A stretch of DNA of 24,000 bases, from positions 1,535,353 to 1,559,352 of the forward strand of contig OZ219781.1 of NCBI GenBank assembly GCA_964291225.2, read 5' to 3'. The translations under genes and the position numbers were made by a program. The notes beneath the pieces were generated by a model. That model searched no databases, was not told the DNA's origin, and was given only the letters and a program-made list of their open reading frames with translations. Positions within the stretch are counted from its first letter, which is position 1. Each line of letters opens with the position of its first letter. This document shows positions 20,228-24,000 of this stretch, piece by piece. The DNA comes from Arenicellales bacterium (lineage in GTDB: Bacteria; Pseudomonadota; Gammaproteobacteria; Arenicellales; JAJDZL01).

Positions 20228-20556
20228 GTCAGGTCAGGTGGCATTTGATAACGATGGCTATCACGACTATGACTCGTCAGACGCTCTTTGTATTTGAGCA
20301 CTTGGCGGTCAAGTTTGCTTACTAGGGAATCAATGGCCGCGAAAACATCCGGTGAGCTTGCACTTGCATGAATCGACATTTTTCGACCGTGGATTGTCGC
20401 TTCAAGCTGATATGCTGTATTTTCCTTGTGCATGATTACATCAACAGAGGCAGCCTGTTGAAAGTGATTCTCAATTTTCCGTAACCGCTTGTTTATATAT
20501 TCACGAATCGATTGTGTTACTTGAATATGGTGACCTGATACAGATATATCCATCAT
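20224..20556 (-). CDS. hpf: Ribosome hibernation promoting factor (sigma-54 modulation protein family)
   Basis: 110 aa. The N-terminus ISVSGHHIQVTQSIREYI is typical of HPF/YfiA. A gggag SD lies upstream. Directly downstream of rpoN. Confidence 0.9.
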   Translation of the reverse strand: MMDISVSGHHIQVTQSIREYINKRLRKIENHFQQAASVDVIMHKENTAYQLEATIHGRKMSIHASASSPDVFAAIDSLVSKLDRQVLKYKERLTSHSRDSHRYQMPPDLT

Positions 20557-20583
20557 AAAATCTCCCTTTCATCAATTAATGGT

Positions 20584-21921
20584 TCAAACAGCCGCCCGGC
20601 GCAATTTGCGAGACGGTAATTTCATTTCTGTACGATACTTTGCAACCGCGCGCCGAGATAGCTTCAATCCACTCTGGTATAAAGTTTCAGTAATCTGTTG
20701 ATCGCTCAATGGAGACCGAGGGTCCTCTTGTTCGACAATTTGCTTGATCTTGAATTTAATAGCCGGCACCGAGACATCACCGCCAGTATTGTTGACAATT
20801 CCAGCCGAGAAAAACCGCTTGAACTCAATAGTGCCCCGCGGTGTTAGCATGTATTTGCGCGCGCAAGCCCTGCTCACTGTTGATTCGTGCAGTTCAAGCA
20901 TATCTGCAATATCTCTCAATTTCAATGGCCTCAGTGCGTGCTCCCCTTCATCTAAAAAAGACTGTTGACAACTGACAATGGCGCGTGCCACTCGCAATAC
21001 GGTTTGGTGACGCCGGCTCAGGCCATCCAAAAACGAACTAGCCTTTGTCAAATTTTTTTCAAGATACTCGCGACCAGCATCGTCTCTAGTGTTGCCAATC
21101 ATTGACTGGTAATGATTTGATATTTTCAATTGAGGCAACATCGATGAGTTGAGTTCAACTTGCCAGCTGTGATCAATTTTACGCACAATTACATCCGACT
21201 CCACAATTTGCGCACTCTCACCAAACTGATTTCCAGGCGATGGGTTAAGAGATTTTATCAACTCAACGGCAGCATAAACAGACTTGAGGTCACAATTGTA
21301 TAGCGCTGATAACTTCGTGTGTTCGTTCTCAGCAACTTGTTGCAGATTGTTAGCGACAATATCGTGTGCGAGTTGGCAAACGGAAGTGAATCTAGGTTGT
21401 GCATCAATCTGAATGCAAAGACATTCTTCAAGGTTGCGCGCCGCCACACCAAGTGGTTCAAACCTTTGCACCTTTGCCAGAGTTGCCATGATGTCACCTT
21501 CGGTGAGATTTGCATCATCAACCAGCGAGAGGATTGTATCAACAGACTCTCTCAAGTATCCACGTTCATCTAAAGACTCAATTATGGCTTGTGCGACCAT
21601 GCGCTCAATACCAATCATCCCTGATCCTAATACCTGAGCTAGCAGATGTTCACGCAAGCTTGGAGCTTTATGCATATCAGCCGCATACTCCAAATAATCA
21701 CAGGAATTGTAACTATCCGGCAAACTCCCGTTCAAAAGATCCCCATTTAAGCCAACTGATTGAGGTGCGACCTCCTCAAGCAAAGGGTTGGATTCAACTG
21801 CGTCCTGAATATGTTCAACAAGCTCTGTCAACGGCAATTGCAGGATATGCACTGCGATAGAGAAGCGAGCATTGAAAACCTGCTTTTGTCGCTGTCGCAA
21901 TTCCAAGCGCGAGCTTATCAT
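20584..21921 (-). CDS. rpoN: RNA polymerase sigma-54 factor
   Basis: 445 aa. Region I (LELRQRQKQ...ILQLPLTEL), HTH (LHESTVSRA) and RpoN box (SRRAVAKYR). Confidence 0.95.
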   Translation of the reverse strand: MISSRLELRQRQKQVFNARFSIAVHILQLPLTELVEHIQDAVESNPLLEEVAPQSVGLNGDLLNGSLPDSYNSCDYLEYAADMHKAPSLREHLLAQVLGSGMIGIERMVAQAIIESLDERGYLRESVDTILSLVDDANLTEGDIMATLAKVQRFEPLGVAARNLEECLCIQIDAQPRFTSVCQLAHDIVANNLQQVAENEHTKLSALYNCDLKSVYAAVELIKSLNPSPGNQFGESAQIVESDVIVRKIDHSWQVELNSSMLPQLKISNHYQSMIGNTRDDAGREYLEKNLTKASSFLDGLSRRHQTVLRVARAIVSCQQSFLDEGEHALRPLKLRDIADMLELHESTVSRACARKYMLTPRGTIEFKRFFSAGIVNNTGGDVSVPAIKFKIKQIVEQEDPRSPLSDQQITETLYQSGLKLSRRAVAKYRTEMKLPSRKLRRAAV

Positions 21922-23760
21922 AGTCGACTCTCAATCAAACTGTCAATGAATACTAATATGGCCAAGCATTATTATGCAATTCTATAACAAACAAAGCTCA
22001 TACATCACCATCAATTTCCTAAAATTCAAACATTCTGATCTCAAAACCCAGCTCGCACCCATCTAGCAAAGTGACAACCCCAAAAAACTCTTACTTCTTA
22101 GATACAGTTTACTTGGCATACTACCAGTGAAGTGACTCTCTACCACCAATCCTTGTAACCGTGTGTTAGTAGTACTTAATATATGAAACTTCGCATCGCC
22201 GTTTTAATCTATGTTGTCAGAATTTTGCGCTTGATAGTGGAGAAACGCTATTGTCACTGATTAAATGGCTCAACAGCACCGATACTGTTTAGCCGTGATC
22301 CAACAAGCTGACTCGATTGCAAACATACGGCTCCAGTACCTCATCAGACGAACAACATAATATGAGGTGTTTGTAATACCCTAAATATACGGCATTTGTA
22401 TTGATGTTAAAAATAATATATTTATCAATTACTTAATTAATTTAAATCATTCAAAAGTTGGAATAATTGAATGCTTCTTGCGGTTTCAACTGCTAATTGG
22501 TCTGGGGATCGAATCGGTAATTGGAAAGTCCTGAAAACAATACCTAATCACATAACTTGATATTATATGATTGGAGAACAGAGGATCATTTAAGTCTGAG
22601 ACATCGCTCATGTATCAAGCACCGCAAATCATCATAGGTCAATACGGAAACAGAAACGACAATAACATAAAACCATCTTTTTTGTCGGTCATGGGCTGTT
22701 ATCGCTAGATTGAAAGCCTAATTGCCGGCACTGAAAGCAGAATCAAAACAGAAGCCTCTGACACAGGGTTGCAATCCGGGATGATGTTACCCAGTTAAGA
22801 GATGAGGCTGAATTTCAAGAGGCGCCCGGTGACAGTGAGAATCCCTGAACAATCTGAAAAGTGAGAATAATTTCACGCGCATGATTACCGACTCGTCATA
22901 CCGGATTACGATGTGGAAATACTCAACACTGTTTGCACAATTGAAACAAGCGTCGGAATAGATAGATATAGGCATGAAAACCGGTGGCAAGGTCACCGAC
23001 AGTGTAAATCGGCGGACTTAGTGCTGAAAGATCTGGTGAAGCTCTACAGCAAAAAATCTACGGACGTACCCAAGCGATTGTTGAAGGGAAAATCACTTGC
23101 GCGTTCTGAGCTGCAAAAGATAGCGGTAATGACTGATGAGGTGCAATTCTACGAATAAGAGAATACACCGGTATTGCAGGAGTTGCACACCGGTGGTCAC
23201 AAGTTGCGAAATTGGCGTTGCCGTGTGGACTTCGCCTACTCTGAATCAATGCTAACTGCAGCGAGGGGCTCGCACTTTGCCCAAAACCGATCAGCTTATC
23301 AATGTGCAAACAATCACCCGCCGAAGCCAAAGAGGCGGTCGAATCTGTCAGAGCTGTATCGAAAGGTTATCAGATCAAAGGTCAACACCACGCCTCAGAC
23401 CTGCCTGAGAAGATAGATGCTTGGTGAGATGGCTGACTACAATTTCTGAAGCACCATATGGTAGCCTTGACCATTCAGTTCAGTGCCAACAATATGGAAC
23501 TGTCAAGAATAGATGAGTCAACGGTGTGTAGCGATGGTAATGCAAATCGTGCTGAGTATTACAAGGACAGGTTGAAAAACTTGCCAAACAGTGAAAGCGA
23601 GCAATTGCTCGGTAATGTTACACGGCTGATTGATTCTGACGACTGTAAGAAAATAGAGGTTCTTAGCCCACATTTGAAAGAAATATAATAATATAACATC
23701 AATTAGTTGTAAACACTGGAACGTCATATATAGCACTGGTTAAAGTGCCGTAACTCAATC
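21922..23760. other. ORF-poor accessory segment upstream of rpoN (nature unknown: structured RNA, mobile-element remnant or decayed genes)
   Basis: No ORF exceeds 90 codons in any of the six frames over 1.84 kb. The listed ORFs (22787-23416) overlap one another on both strands and look non-protein-like. Composition is heterogeneous by eye. Confidence 0.55.
23458..23688 (+). CDS. Hypothetical small protein (76 aa, or 64 aa from the ATG at 23494)
   Basis: The open frame has a plausible soluble-protein composition (MELSRIDESTVCSDGNANRAEYYKDRLKNLPNSESEQLLGNVTRLIDSDDCKKIEVLSPHLKEI). It converges on the edge ORF, with a hairpin between them. There is no clear SD and I recognise no family. Confidence 0.3.
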   Translation: MVALTIQFSANNMELSRIDESTVCSDGNANRAEYYKDRLKNLPNSESEQLLGNVTRLIDSDDCKKIEVLSPHLKEI

Positions 23761-24000
23761 TCAGATCGCCAACCGATGGCTCCAACCAGCTGTGTAGGAA
23801 ACACCAGGTGCATCATAAATCTGCCGATGTTTCAGCTCTGCATGAGACGATTTGCGTATGTGGGTGGTGTGACCGTCGGCCATCTCCAATGCGGCGGTGA
23901 CGCAACCGTGCATCCAGTGCTTATTCAAAGCTGTTGGTGAAACGCCTGCAATGGCTCTCCCCTTCTCGCTCCTGGCTTTTGAGCAGCAGTTGACAATGAT
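23761..24000 (-). CDS. Hypothetical protein, C-terminal 79 codons only (continues beyond the window edge)
   Basis: This ORF is absent from the ORF track because it has no in-window start. The minus-strand frame is open from the window edge to the TGA at 23763-23761: IIVNCCSKARSEKGRAIAGVSPTALNKHWMHGCVTAALEMADGHTTHIRKSSHAELKHRQIYDAPGVSYTAGWSHRLAI. RAIAGVSPTALNKHW resembles an HTH recognition segment. The peptide is His-rich. No family recognised. Confidence 0.3.
   Translation of the reverse strand: MIVNCCSKARSEKGRAIAGVSPTALNKHWMHGCVTAALEMADGHTTHIRKSSHAELKHRQIYDAPGVSYTAGWSHRLAI

Noticed and set aside
142-21987. Numerous 60-136-aa ORF-track entries lying antisense or out of frame inside gcvTHP, miaB, lnt, mgtE, ptsI, rpoN and other genes
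   Set aside because: All are fully embedded in confidently identified genes with strong family motifs. They are shadow ORFs.
22291-22334. The minus-strand string ggagccgtatg resembles the 5' half of group II intron domain V, and agccgt/acggct can pair (22291-22296 with 22327-22332)
   Set aside because: The hairpin would be about 42 nt with a 30-nt unstructured interior, unlike the canonical 34-nt two-tier DV with a GNRA loop and 2-nt bulge. There is no convincing domain VI or 3' splice-site context, and no reverse transcriptase ORF.
22523-22531. ggaaagtcc matches the RNase P RNA P4 5' strand
   Set aside because: The complementary P4 3' strand (ACAGAACCCGGCUUA-like) and other universally conserved RNase P blocks are absent. 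The surrounding sequence is AT-rich and unstructured.
22787-23416. Four ORF-track entries of 69-90 aa: 22787-22996 (-), 22913-23158 (+), 23058-23330 (-) and 23174-23416 (+)
   Set aside because: They overlap one another on opposite strands, lack SD sequences, mostly use non-ATG starts, and have Cys/His/Arg-rich, low-complexity-like compositions. I treat them as chance frames in G+C-richer non-coding DNA. 22913-23158 is the least implausible.
22750-23440. Riboswitch-like words: ggttgcaatcc (cobalamin-like) near 22766 and ctgaga (TPP-like) near 23405
   Set aside because: These are isolated short words. The accompanying conserved cores (a B12 box in the correct order, the ACCTGATCTGGATAATGCCAGCG-type TPP arm) are missing.
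23777-23940. + strand 54-codon frame MAPTSCVGNTRC... antisense to the edge ORF
   Set aside because: It is Cys-rich and has an implausible composition. The minus-strand frame stays open to the window edge and is the better, though still uncertain, candidate.
1-24000. Scanned for CRISPR-like spaced repeats, long tandem repeats, rRNA, tmRNA or SRP RNA signatures, integron attC (RYYYAAC...GTTRRRY) sites and sigma-54 promoters (GG-N10-GC)
   Set aside because: I found no periodic repeats and no matches beyond isolated short words. Candidate GGCAC...GC strings at about 22724 and 6467 have the wrong spacing.

Overview
The window looks like a gammaproteobacterial chromosome segment, inferred from gene order, and most of it is conserved housekeeping operons. 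On the + strand these are gcvT-gcvH-gcvP (glycine cleavage), mlaA/vacJ, apaH, a cysteine synthase, and the E. coli-like cluster miaB-phoH(ybeZ)-ybeY-corC-lnt. On the - strand these are mgtE and the sigma-54 operon rpoN-hpf-ptsN-rapZ-ptsO, extended by a GAF-less Enzyme I gene. Three parts are not ordinary. (1) The 1.84 kb directly upstream of rpoN (21922-23760), where lptB normally sits, has no ORF longer than 90 codons in any frame. It contains an AT-rich block, a visibly more G+C-rich core with many short hairpins, a small convergent ORF, and an edge-truncated His-rich ORF. It could be a large structured RNA, a mobile-element remnant or decayed genes; I cannot tell which without searches. (2) A two-gene - strand unit (4837-6391) encodes a signal-peptide-bearing MhpD-like hydratase-fold protein and a shortened RmlA-like nucleotidyltransferase-fold protein. 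Both seem to have lost canonical catalytic motifs. (3) A 0.5 kb unexplained gap lies between lnt and mgtE. I saw no CRISPR array, rRNA, convincing tRNA or recognisable transposase. All homology calls come from remembered family motifs, not from database searches.
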